From IMG/VR virus record IMGVR_UViG_3300013125_000002: a DNA stretch of 64,000 bases; one strand, given 5' to 3'. This stretch comes from a virus. Of the stretch, positions 24,312-34,463 are shown piece after piece. The notes beneath the pieces were generated by a model, which searched no databases, had not been told where the DNA came from, and saw only the letters and a program-made list of their open reading frames with translations. The translations under genes and the position numbers were made by a program. The stretch's first letter is position 1, and each line of letters starts with the position of its first letter.

Positions 24312-24378
24312 TGTTCACATGGGGATTGACATGTTCACGAATATGGACAATTGTTCATGAATGGCCAGAGATGTTCAC
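24312..24378. repeat. Four TGTTCA(C/T) boxes phased at exactly 20 bp
   Basis: Boxes at 24312, 24332, 24352, 24372. Confidence 0.75.
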
Positions 24379-24410
24379 GGACCGTCCGGGCTCCCACACC
24401 GCCCCACGGA

Positions 24411-24767
24411 TCAGTCCTTCTTGTCCTGATCCTGTTGAGTCTCATCGACCACCAAGATCTGGACAGCCGCCATCACCTTGGAGATGAGTGCAGTCTTCAC
24501 CTCAATCACAGCGTCCTTCAGAGCGTTGTGCATGGCCGTGTAGATCTTGCCATCGAACCGCTTTTTCATCTCCTCATAGACCCCAGTGCAGTAGTCAGAG
24601 ACGAGCTGCTCGAAGCTCACCCGCACCCGCTTCTGAATCTCCTCCGCAAGGTCCTGGCGAAGAGTAATCTTGGTGATTCGACCCCAGCTGTCATGTGCTG
24701 TCTGACCGACTGTCTCCTCCACGTACTTCTTGACGGTCTCACCGATCTCCCTGGTGTAGTTCCTCAC
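24411..24767 (-). CDS. Hypothetical protein
   Basis: 118-aa helical ORF. Confidence 0.5.
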   Translation of the reverse strand: MRNYTREIGETVKKYVEETVGQTAHDSWGRITKITLRQDLAEEIQKRVRVSFEQLVSDYCTGVYEEMKKRFDGKIYTAMHNALKDAVIEVKTALISKVMAAVQILVVDETQQDQDKKD

Positions 24768-25289
24768 CTCGAACTTGATATCGTTCTCAAAGTGGTCACG
24801 GACGAAGGCTTTGGCGACCGACCTCCTTTGTGAAGATCAGCTTCCGATCCAACGTTCCATCAGACGTTTCTTCCGTCCGACTTAACACCCCTCGCGAGGC
24901 CTGCCATTCTCCCGTTCAAGCAAACATTCCGACAACTAATCAAGCCTCAATCCGTTCGGACTTCTCAACGTCCCAGCGGCCGTCCCTTCCTTCACCACCT
25001 AGCTCCATTCGCACGTTCTCACCAACACACCACCGCGCCCTTATTCCTATCTAGTGATCTCGCAAACCTGCGCGCCGACAACCAACCTGTCCGCTACCTC
25101 TCGCCCGATCCTATCGCCCTTCGCTATTCCGAGCACTCAGACCGACCTACTGGCATTCTGTCCGTTGCTCGATCACAACCCCGCACTAGCGAACCTGCCA
25201 CCATTCCGTCGAACTGGCCCTCCAACAAACCGGCCGACACAGCCTCCTACCTCCAATCGCCCAATCCCGGCCACGTACTCCATCACCCT

Positions 25290-25321
25290 TATAATACGAA
25301 TGGCCCCTCCCTCTCGGACAC
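25290..25321 (-). promoter_or_regulatory. Phage-specific promoter GTGTC-N16-TTCGTATTATA (copy 3)
   Basis: Conserved motif and spacing. Confidence 0.75.
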
Positions 25322-25379
25322 CGGACACTACTTCCCCCATCTTTCCTCATCCCCCTGAGAACATGGGTCCTAGCTCAGG

Positions 25380-25800
25380 CACTGGTTCTAGAACTCAGCC
25401 TCGCATAGATGAACAGCATCATTCAGCCGGGATTATCCTGACCGATAGTCCGTCCTACTACACAGTCCCTCCGGGGACCCGCTGAGAAGGTTCCTTCCCC
25501 ATTTTGATCCCCCCTCATTCATGGGTGGGGGTACCTCCGAGAGGCGACTCAACTTAGACGTGGCTTCCCCTCTCAAACTGGTTCTAGGTTTCACCAGCTG
25601 CTACCCACAATATATTTGACAATTTATCAACGATTTAATTGACCATTTAATCGCATATTGTGTTCTGGTTCTAGATTCGGTCTTACGGGGGTCATACACC
25701 AAAAATCGCCTACGCCAAGGAAGTCGGTCTGCTAAGGGTGGGGTCTAGCCTCCAGTGTTTGTGCCATGGGGGTCACCACAACATGGCCTATATCGCTTCT
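25380..25800. other. Candidate replication origin or genome terminus region
   Basis: Non-coding; AT-rich core ~25609-25660; three CTGGTTCTAG boxes; C-rich to G/T-rich skew switch. Confidence 0.4.
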
Positions 25801-26390
25801 CAGCTGCAATACACGCTACATTGTGGTTCATAGTCGCTAGGACTTAGGGGTAGCTGGGGAGCTGGTTCAACACTCTCACATGGGCACTCGCACACGAGGA
25901 GGCTTTGGTTCGGGTCACTCATGGGCACATGGGATCTGGTTCGCTTTGAGGGAAGGAGAAGAGGAAGGAAGGAGCTTAGGGACTCCGGAGCTTCCCTTGT
26001 TGGTTGCTTGTGTCCTTTGAATCTTCCCCTGGGCATTACCTCTTGCCTTAGGTCTCTTCCTGCTTGCCTTTTGCGATCTCATTGCGACCCTTTTAGGTAG
26101 GCTATTGCGAGATCTGAATTGCGTTGTATGTGCTTGATCTTATTGCGAGAATTGGGATGTATGTATGGTAAAGCGAGGGCAGGATCGGAGTATCGTAAAG
26201 CCCTTGAAATGATAGGTATATCGGAGACATTGATCCTCACGTATAGTATGGTGAGAAGCTGTGAGTGATCTGGCTGTGGTGCTTTGGTGATACAGGGGCT
26301 GTATGTAAGATATGTAGTTGGATCTTATTGAAAAGAGAGCGTATAGATGAGGATTCTAGAATCCATAGATCTAGAGCCTGCGTAGCTCCT

Positions 26391-26768
26391 TCATGGTGTT
26401 GTATGCGTGACCAGAACCATGTCATCTGGCTTGAGAGCTTTGAGACAGGTGCTGCATCTCCACTCATCCGGGAGCTTGTCACTGACTCTCCCTGGGGCCT
26501 TGATTGCCCTGCCTCCATCCTCCTTGTGCCTTGGTATGGGGCTTTGGTGGACTGCTTGCTGCTCACACCTCCAGACCTGGGACCAATACCTCAGAGACTT
26601 CTCATCCTGTATGCGTAGGGCCTCCTGGTAAGCTGTATAGGCTGCGTTCCCTGGTAAGTGATAGTTCGAGAGCCTCATCTCCTTCTGGATGGCTTGGAGG
26701 GCTTCATCGAGCCGTATGTGGGCTTGGAGAAACTCCGATAGATAGTCATTGTGCGCTGGCTCTGGCAT
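26391..26768 (-). CDS. Hypothetical protein
   Basis: AGAGGA RBS; CSTC. Confidence 0.5.
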   Translation of the reverse strand: MPEPAHNDYLSEFLQAHIRLDEALQAIQKEMRLSNYHLPGNAAYTAYQEALRIQDEKSLRYWSQVWRCEQQAVHQSPIPRHKEDGGRAIKAPGRVSDKLPDEWRCSTCLKALKPDDMVLVTHTTP

Positions 26769-27670
26769 GGGCTTTTCCTCTTTAGGTATGTAGGATGATG
26801 TGAGACTACTTGGTATAGAGGCTGGCCAGGTCAGCTAGCAGCCTCTTGATCACGGGATCACTTGTATAGTGGTCGAGTGTCGGGAGCAGTGCCTGGGCTC
26901 GGCTGACCAAGTTGTCAATATCATTCAGAAGCGGCTCGAGCTGCTGCTGTATGGGTCTTGTGGCCTGTATAGCTGCTGAGGGCTTGGGCTTTCGGTAGAT
27001 CTGCTTGCTCATAGCACAGGCTGGAAGCTTGTTCGTATGCCCCAGTGGCTATTGCACCCAGGGCAAGCGTATAGGGACTCGAACTCGATCCTGTGGACAG
27101 TAGGAGTGTATAGGACAGCTCCGGCTGACAAGATCAGCAACTGGCAACAAGGGCACTTGGAGTAGTTGTGGCCTGCGGCCACGTTCCTGCGGAGTATAGG
27201 TCGCTTGGGATTGCCCAGGGTCTTCATGATGCTTTGCCTTTGCTCAAAGCCTGTATGGCTTCATCCGGGGACATGGTGGGATTGATCTTGCCTTCACTCA
27301 CGTATCGATCAATGTCCCTATATGTGAGATTGCCAGCTGCGTTCCACAGCTCGAGCCTCCAGATGCAGCTAACGCACTGCGTCTTCCACGTATGGTTTCT
27401 TCATGGCAGCTCCCAGTATGTATGGGCTCTTCTGATCTTCATTGCTGGTGTGGTGTGAAGCTTTCGCAGCACAGCGAGCGTTGCTATGAAGTCCTCACGT
27501 GCAGTGGCGGTTGCCTCAGTCGTTGGAAGCGCTGAGGGATAGTCGATGATCAAAGTCCCAGCTGTTATGGCAGGTGGCGGTTTGAAGAAGTCCACTCGCG
27601 CTTTGAACTTCTCGCACTCAAAGAACAATTCATCATGCTTGATCCAACCAGCTGGCTGTATAGCCATGAC

Positions 27671-27994
27671 TCATCTGGAGCTGAGGAGCTGAGAGACAGT
27701 GCTAAGGGCCTCTCTCAGCATGCGTAGCGTTCGCTCGGAGTTGGTCTCATCCCACAGCCCCTTGGGTATGGATTCTAGAACTAGTATGGCTGTGGTGAGA
27801 GCGATCTCCTCGTCCTGGAGCTGCTGTATGTTGCCCTTGAGATCCTTGACGTATGTGGTGCCAAGGATGTGCTCGGACAAAGGATCATCCACTTGCTTCT
27901 CGAAGTTGTCCAGTATGGCTTGGAGCTTGGGCTGACATTCCTCGATCCTCCGCTCCATGATCCTCAAGCACTCGATGACTCGTTCCTTTTTCAT
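27671..27994 (-). CDS. Hypothetical protein
   Basis: Gene train. Confidence 0.5.
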   Translation of the reverse strand: MKKERVIECLRIMERRIEECQPKLQAILDNFEKQVDDPLSEHILGTTYVKDLKGNIQQLQDEEIALTTAILVLESIPKGLWDETNSERTLRMLREALSTVSQLLSSR

Positions 27995-28216
27995 AGCGCT
28001 AGCTCCGGGACCTCGTGCTCATGCTTCTTGTTCTCTTCGATATACAGCTCCATCAGCTTGCAGGTGAGCTTTGGGATCAGGTCTTTGGGCAAGCGCAGGC
28101 TGTGTGAGGTAGACCCCTGTATTGTCTTCCCTTTTGACCCCATGGTCACATCATCCCTGATGTATGTGATCTTCACCCTGTCTGGATCGAATGGATCTTT
28201 CTCGACAGTAATGCGC

Positions 28217-28498
28217 TCACTCGTTGGCATCCTGCTCCGCTCCTTGGGGTAGATGTATGTGGTTGAGTCGTGCCATGTCGACCACGAACTTATAGCCATC
28301 CGAGGCCTTGCGTAGGGACAGCACAGCTTCCTTGAAGGACTCGAAGGCAGGACCCTCGTTGGTCTTATTGCCGATGGCCTTTCGCAGCTCAGAGAGCCGG
28401 TAGTCGTGTTGGTCCCAGGCTTGCTGCAGGGCTCGATGTGCATCTCGGTAAGCGCGAGTGATGATGGACTCAGCGGCTGTGGCGGTTTCAGGTGGCAT
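28217..28498 (-). CDS. Hypothetical protein
   Basis: AAGGA RBS. Confidence 0.5.
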   Translation of the reverse strand: MPPETATAAESIITRAYRDAHRALQQAWDQHDYRLSELRKAIGNKTNEGPAFESFKEAVLSLRKASDGYKFVVDMARLNHIHLPQGAEQDANE

Positions 28499-29503
28499 GT
28501 ATGTGATCCTTAGAACATGGGCTGCTCATCCAGAGGGATCTCATTGTGTGACCACACAATACCCTGTTGGTCGACCATGAACAACAAGATCGTCAAGTCA
28601 ATTCCCATGGCCTTGTATGGCTTAGCAAACGATCTGAGCTTACTCACGATCAGCATTTCCATTTCATTGGATGTATCGCCCAGCTCGCCTGTTGCGACCA
28701 ACGCATCCCAATCGAACTCGAGCAGCAGCTCAAGATGGTGCTTTGCCGGCTGTATGAGGGAAGCTGGATTTGGTGGAAGTGCTTATTTGAAGCCTTTTGT
28801 CTCACACACCTCAATGTGCGAGAGGTGTCTGTTGAAGATCGATTTCAGCTCAGGCTCAAGGTGTTGAGCAACCTTAGGATCTGTTCCGAACCTCTGTATT
28901 GCTGTCTCACACAGGATCATTTGGTTACCCCGAGGCCCAGCTGGGAAACTAACCAAGTATGCGTATGGTGGTACCCCGATCTTTATGATCTTTCCCAACC
29001 AGCGCTGAGTTTCGGAAATGGTTGCTCGCACATACTCACCCACTTTGTACATGGGCTCAGAGTGGGCTGGTGCTGGTGGTTGGGTCGACCCCACCCAGAA
29101 AGCCCCCTCAGCTCGACGTTTTTGCACTTCCTTGAATGCGATCTTCTTTGCCATCACTCGTGCCATCGCAGAAGCTCTCAGCTTAGCGATCTCGATCCTC
29201 AACAGGAGATTACACTCGGCCACCGTAAAGATCAACTTTCAAGTCACGTATGGAGCAGTATTCCCCAGCCTTCCTCCGTGCGACGTATGCTCGCAGCAAT
29301 CGCTGCTATTTTCCCAAAGTGATCTTAATACGCTGCTTATCTACAGGTCGAGGAAACCGTAGCTGCTCAACAGCAAGCTGGTAGATCTGAGTCTCAGTCT
29401 TGACGTTGTGTATGTCCGCCCCAGCAACGGCCAGAGCTTCGAGGATGAGCCATGCATCCTCGGCACGAAGTTGCACCATGGGCCACCCCCTCCAATCCCC
29501 AAC

Positions 29504-30064
29504 TCAAAGTTGCCAATAGGCATTGCGCTTCCTCGCTTCGACCTTCCGTACCCACACCTCATAGAAGTAGTGGATGGATGCTTCCTCTTCCTTAAGAACC
29601 TGCTCGGTTGGGTAGATAGTATTGATCCTACTCAAAGCCAACCCTGCCTTGAGCTTTGCGATCTCGTATTGCTGCTTTTTGGTAGGCCTTGGAGGTCCTT
29701 CCTCTTTGCCAGCGTAGTATATGGGGTCAACACCAAGAGCTACACCTTCCCACCCAGGAACTGGAACACTCGGTCTGTATGGTGACCCCAGGATGCGTTG
29801 ACGTAACTCATTGGCCGACTCTCCATGCCTGCGCGAGACAGGCATGGGTGATGTTGCAGGGGCTGGCTGTATGGGGCCCGCTTTCGGCTCACCCTTTCGG
29901 CTGAGGCGCGAGATGTCAATAGCACGAGCGCTAGGATAGCCATCAATCTGGATTCTGATCTTACCCCACCCAGATTGATAATCCTCAACCACAGTGGCCA
30001 TGCACCCGAGGCACATGTTGCCCCCAGTGATCTGGACACGCTCGCCCTTGAGAAAGAGTGGCAT
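29504..30064 (-). CDS. Hypothetical protein, N-terminal KOW/SH3-like
   Basis: FLKGERVQITGG...G..ATV. Confidence 0.5.
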   Translation of the reverse strand: MPLFLKGERVQITGGNMCLGCMATVVEDYQSGWGKIRIQIDGYPSARAIDISRLSRKGEPKAGPIQPAPATSPMPVSRRHGESANELRQRILGSPYRPSVPVPGWEGVALGVDPIYYAGKEEGPPRPTKKQQYEIAKLKAGLALSRINTIYPTEQVLKEEEASIHYFYEVWVRKVEARKRNAYWQL

Positions 30065-30900
30065 CAGCTCGTCTTGCCCTTCACAGCCCAGTATGCGTCC
30101 TGCCTCTCGATCTTTTGCTTTTCAAAACTCGAAGTCAGATCAGTAAGAGGGATCGATTGGGATGGGAACATAGGTAGCACAGCTTCGATCCCCTGGTCAG
30201 CTATTGCACTCAGAATGCGCTTCAGATCTGACTCGCGTATAAGGCACTCTCCTACTTGAGGTCGATCATCACAACTCTTCAGCGTACAGAGACATCTTCC
30301 TGTCTCATCCCAACTATCTGTAACTTCCCAAACAGTCATCCGAGGGATCGGATAGTGAAACGAGTTTGTATGTGAAGTCGGCTCACCAAATGAAAACTCC
30401 ACTTGGGTTTCATCACCCACAAATCCTGCTCCACGAAGGTACCACCCCTCAGACGCCCACGTGCAACTAGGCAATTCTTGAGTTTCAAGAGTCATAATGA
30501 TCAACTTCGCTAAATTAGAAAGATCAGGACAGGGAATATTGAACTGGGACTGGGTAGATCGAACGATCCTCTCAGCAAACCATCCTGCATCAGGATCACC
30601 AGGAAGCCATAATAGGCCAGGAGGCAACGAGTCACCCTTTAGACCACAGGCTACAAGCCACGATGTGAATGTGGAGCGCACAGCAGCATTAGTCACAACC
30701 TGAGAGAACACGGACGCATCAAATGCGATGTGCAGAGTGAGCATCTGGATTGGGCGGCCAAGCCCATCTCCATACAGCTCCCACTCTGCATTCGTTAGCG
30801 AGAAGCCACAGGGCTTCAACTCATCATGAAGCTTCCGATGAACTAGGCTCGTGTTCGCTGCTGGAATTAACACCCATGTCGGGTGTGACCCCCTGGGCAT
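30064..30900 (-). CDS. Hypothetical protein
   Basis: 278-aa ORF coupled to neighbour. Confidence 0.55.
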   Translation of the reverse strand: MPRGSHPTWVLIPAANTSLVHRKLHDELKPCGFSLTNAEWELYGDGLGRPIQMLTLHIAFDASVFSQVVTNAAVRSTFTSWLVACGLKGDSLPPGLLWLPGDPDAGWFAERIVRSTQSQFNIPCPDLSNLAKLIIMTLETQELPSCTWASEGWYLRGAGFVGDETQVEFSFGEPTSHTNSFHYPIPRMTVWEVTDSWDETGRCLCTLKSCDDRPQVGECLIRESDLKRILSAIADQGIEAVLPMFPSQSIPLTDLTSSFEKQKIERQDAYWAVKGKTS

Positions 30901-31522
30901 CGCACTCCTCCGCCGTTGTATCGATCACAAGTTCAGGCACAGGATCAGCGGGTGGAGAGAGCTTGGCCTTGAGGATAGCCATGGCCACGAGCGCTTGAGC
31001 CTCTGGGCTCCAGTGTTCAATGGCATCAGTTCGCACTGTGACATCGACCTTGTGTGGCTCTTTGCTCACGAGCCCAATGTCAGTCAGCAGTTTGATCTGG
31101 TTGTTGCGAGCATTCTGGATCACATCCAAGAACTGCCGACGCTGCACAGAACCCTTGTCAGCATCGTGGTAGTCCTGCCAGGCTCGCAATTCGACCTCCT
31201 CGAATACCGAGAGGCTTTCTCCAATCATCTGGGCGTGCTCAAACCCAGATACCCGACGCTTGTTCTCTTCGCGAATTGCCTCAAGATCACGTTTGATGGT
31301 CATGTGACCAACGTTGAGGATCTTCGCAATAGAACGGTAGCCCAAACCACGTAGACGTAAGCGGGCGACTTGTTTTCGACGGTCTTCGATCTCTTCCTTG
31401 GACGCTTTTGCAGGTGGCCTGAGCTTGGCGGGTCGGCGTCTTGGGATCAGCACAGGGGGCAAGGGTGTTGTGTTGGCCTGTTGAACCATAGCTTTCATTG
31501 GAGTTCTGGCCATTTGGAGCAC
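30824..31522 (-). CDS. HTH protein, candidate terminase small subunit
   Basis: RRKQVARLRLRGLGYRSIAKILNVGHMTIKRDL HTH; IKLLTDIGL..EPHKVDV. Confidence 0.55.
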   Translation of the reverse strand: MLQMARTPMKAMVQQANTTPLPPVLIPRRRPAKLRPPAKASKEEIEDRRKQVARLRLRGLGYRSIAKILNVGHMTIKRDLEAIREENKRRVSGFEHAQMIGESLSVFEEVELRAWQDYHDADKGSVQRRQFLDVIQNARNNQIKLLTDIGLVSKEPHKVDVTVRTDAIEHWSPEAQALVAMAILKAKLSPPADPVPELVIDTTAEECDAQGVTPDMGVNSSSEHEPSSSEAS

Positions 31523-31556
31523 TACCCTTGCGTTACAGGTGTACCATTAGTTCCAG

Positions 31557-31586
31557 CTATACACGAGTTGGACTTGGTACGTCAAG
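31557..31586 (-). promoter_or_regulatory. Sigma70-like promoter TTGACG-N18-TATAGC
   Basis: Intergenic, upstream of HTH gene. Confidence 0.45.
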
Positions 31587-31833
31587 CGTCATGTCGGAGG
31601 AAGTGTATGGAATCGACAGGCGATGCTCGATGCCAAACAGTGGATCTCGATCTCTGTGAGCACACTCACGTGGCGAGCACACCACTCCCCCCGGAAGAAT
31701 GAACAAGTGCCACAGACCCGACCCTTTGCTTCCTTGATGATCCCTTCTGCTGCCTTTTGTAGAAGAGCCATGAACTTCTTGTGGGCATCAGATGCAGGCC
31801 CTACGACAAAAGAGGTTTTGCGCGCCATACAGA

Positions 31834-32340
31834 TCACCACGAGAGGTCGTCATCCCCGTGAATCTCGCATGCCTTGGCTTTGCGTAGTTCCTCCAGCTCA
31901 GCCTGAATAGCAGGATCTTCGTAGACACTGCGAGAGAGTGAATCCACTCCTGTGTTCTTCTCCCGTGGGATCCATTTGAATGTGACCGACTTGCCGAACT
32001 TGCGTACTGCCTGCTTGACCAGACGATTCAGCTCCATGAGCTTCTCGTCATTGACGCTCCACACACCAGAGCACTGATTGACGATCAATTGCGAGTCCGA
32101 TTGTACGATGACAGATCGCCTTTGATCTTCTGGCATCTTGAGCATCCACAAAAGCGCAGCGATGACTGCGTAGTACTCACCTTGGTTGTTGGTGTTGTCA
32201 GGATGTCCGTGATTGGCAATCCCAGCAGCTCGATGAATCTCACCCTTCTCTTTGCCGACGCTCTTCACGATGAATGCCCAGGAGAGAATGCCACCTGGGT
32301 TATGTGGCTCGATGGATGAGTCAGTATTGATGATATACAC
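31834..32340 (-). CDS. Ribonuclease HI-like protein
   Basis: IINTDSS..NPG...TNNQGEYYAVIAAL...SDSQLIVNQ...WIPREKN..VDSLS. Confidence 0.88.
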   Translation of the reverse strand: MYIINTDSSIEPHNPGGILSWAFIVKSVGKEKGEIHRAAGIANHGHPDNTNNQGEYYAVIAALLWMLKMPEDQRRSVIVQSDSQLIVNQCSGVWSVNDEKLMELNRLVKQAVRKFGKSVTFKWIPREKNTGVDSLSRSVYEDPAIQAELEELRKAKACEIHGDDDLSW

Positions 32341-32343
32341 GGG

Positions 32344-32712
32344 CTACCTTGCCTTCCTGACTTCATCCAGAGCTGTTTCGAGGCAGAGGACCTCCGCTCG
32401 AGTCATGTGCTCCTTTGCCTTTGTGGTAATGAGCTTTCTGATTCTTCTCTTCTGCCAGAAAGACAAAGCTATCCTGATTCGGTTGATAGTCATGTCAACC
32501 TGGTAAAGCTCACCGTGAGGAACGGCACCCAATACCACTGACTTGCAGCTGATCTCCCACTTACTACTGAGATTGCTGCGTATCCCCTCGTTGCCGGTTG
32601 CTTCGATGTCCTTTCCAGCCAGAGCAGTAATGAGATCGTCAATGATCTCTTTAGGAACCCGAGGCTTGTCCACGACCTCAATCTCCACCACAGCAGATGT
32701 TCTGTAGGGCAT
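32344..32712 (-). CDS. Hypothetical protein
   Basis: Gene train. Confidence 0.5.
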   Translation of the reverse strand: MPYRTSAVVEIEVVDKPRVPKEIIDDLITALAGKDIEATGNEGIRSNLSSKWEISCKSVVLGAVPHGELYQVDMTINRIRIALSFWQKRRIRKLITTKAKEHMTRAEVLCLETALDEVRKAR

Positions 32713-33107
32713 CGGTCACAACCCTCCCTTTGGGAGGTAGGACACACATGCGAGCCACTCCAGCCCGACCTTCTTCTTCCACTTCTCCAACTCGCACAGG
32801 AAGGCAGCGCTATCTCGGTTCCACTGGCATCGGGTGCAGCTGTCGCACGTTCCCTGCACAGGTTTGAGACCGAGCTGAGGTTTCATCGTTATTTCGAGCA
32901 TGGGAATCTCTGTCGGCATTCATCCACCTTCCATGTCCACTGCATCTTGATCTGAGCAGTACCAATTGCAATCGACCACGCATGTGGCCAGGTGTCATGC
33001 CCCTTGAGCCAGATCGAAACTGCGACACAGGGTATCATGAGATAGTGGCGTCTGCGCCACACCTTCACATACCAAGGTTGGAACTGGTAGCGTGGATCTC
33101 TCATGTC

Positions 33108-33515
33108 TTAACCCTCCTTGAGGGTCTTCTCTCCTGCTTCAATGATCTTCTTGGCCTGGGCCTCACTCACCACAGTAAGCTTGGGTGAGTGAATACGCTT
33201 GCCGCCACCTCTTTTCTTGAGACGAGCCAGCTTCTCCTTGTTATCAGCCTTCTGCTCTTCCTCATCGATCCCAGGGAAGCGAATTGGAAAACCACAGTGG
33301 CAGATGAAGCAATTGGCATTGATCACATCTTGCTTCTCGATGTTGTGCTCAGCGCAGAACTCGATGATCTTGCCAGAGAACGGAGTCAGAAAGCAAGGCT
33401 GTCCCTTGTGGTTGATGTAGAAAGGGTGCGTGGAATTGCACCTCTTGCAGATCATCGCAAAGAACTCGATCTTGAAGCACTCAGCTACCGGAACATTACC
33501 GAAGTCGTAGGCCAT
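33108..33515 (-). CDS. Hypothetical zinc-binding protein
   Basis: CKRC...CHC; AGGAGA RBS. Confidence 0.55.
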   Translation of the reverse strand: MAYDFGNVPVAECFKIEFFAMICKRCNSTHPFYINHKGQPCFLTPFSGKIIEFCAEHNIEKQDVINANCFICHCGFPIRFPGIDEEEQKADNKEKLARLKKRGGGKRIHSPKLTVVSEAQAKKIIEAGEKTLKEG

Positions 33516-33527
33516 TGTGATCTCCTA

Positions 33528-34124
33528 TCACCACTTGTCAGAACCAATGCTTCCCTCTGGGGCAAAGGCTTCATCCCCAAGGACAACGTTGAGAAGCTTG
33601 TACTCCAGATCGATGGAGAACTCATTGCCTCCACCCAGAAGTTGAGCTGCCTTCGCCACACGAGCTGATGGAAATGGGTAGACCACCAACAACGAACGCT
33701 CGAATGTGGGCTCCACTCTTGCCAGGGGAACAATCATGGCCTCAGCCAGAACCCCGAAATCAAGAAGACCCTTATCAACAAGCATGTTGAACATTCGTGC
33801 CATCTCATCGAAGTACTGCTCCGGAATGCTTGTTCCTTCTTTGTGTTGCACCACCTTCGAGAAGAACACGCAAGGACGAATGTGGCGTTCACCATTCTCC
33901 TCGTACTCGATGATCGTATTCTTTTGTGGTGTTTGGTAGATCTTGCGTGCCTTCTCTGACAGTCGTTCTGCAAACTTCGGCACTTTCCGGATTCCCAACT
34001 GCTGTACTTTCTCCATCATCTGTTCCCTATTCAAGATGAGGATCAGAGGCAGTGTCTTGGGGTTCCCAGCAGCATCATCGTCCCTGATCAAAGTCATCAC
34101 TTTACCTGTGCTGTCAAAGTACAT
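33528..34124 (-). CDS. Hypothetical protein
   Basis: 198 aa, coupled. Confidence 0.6.
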   Translation of the reverse strand: MYFDSTGKVMTLIRDDDAAGNPKTLPLILILNREQMMEKVQQLGIRKVPKFAERLSEKARKIYQTPQKNTIIEYEENGERHIRPCVFFSKVVQHKEGTSIPEQYFDEMARMFNMLVDKGLLDFGVLAEAMIVPLARVEPTFERSLLVVYPFPSARVAKAAQLLGGGNEFSIDLEYKLLNVVLGDEAFAPEGSIGSDKW

Positions 34125-34453
34125 CAGATCCTCTTCCCACCATGTCGGTATGGTCTGGTTCTGTTGTAGGACATCTTCTCGAGGATCGCCTGTTCTAGGT
34201 CAATCCCATGATGAGCTGCTGTTCCCGCTATTCGGATCACAACATCAGCGAACTCAGCTGGAACACCCTCAGGCTTCCCATCCTCGCGGTAGTACATCTC
34301 TGTAGCAGCGTGCCCATTGTGAGACTCCTCTAGGGCCTCCGAAAGCTCGCTGTGCATCAGAGCAATGTCAACAGCGAGGTCCTTCTCCTGCTCTCGAAAA
34401 CCATGAGCCACCGCAATCTCCTGAGACTCCTTCATCAGTGCCTTCAGATCCAC
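34124..34453 (-). CDS. MazG-like NTP pyrophosphohydrolase
   Basis: ALMHSELSEALE...EGVPAEFADVVIR...KMSYNRTRPYRHGGK. Confidence 0.88.
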   Translation of the reverse strand: MDLKALMKESQEIAVAHGFREQEKDLAVDIALMHSELSEALEESHNGHAATEMYYREDGKPEGVPAEFADVVIRIAGTAAHHGIDLEQAILEKMSYNRTRPYRHGGKRI

Positions 34454-34463
34454 TTCTGATCTC

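Noticed and set aside
24312-24378. Mini CRISPR array
   Set aside because: Repeat is only 6-7 bp; no cas genes in the window.
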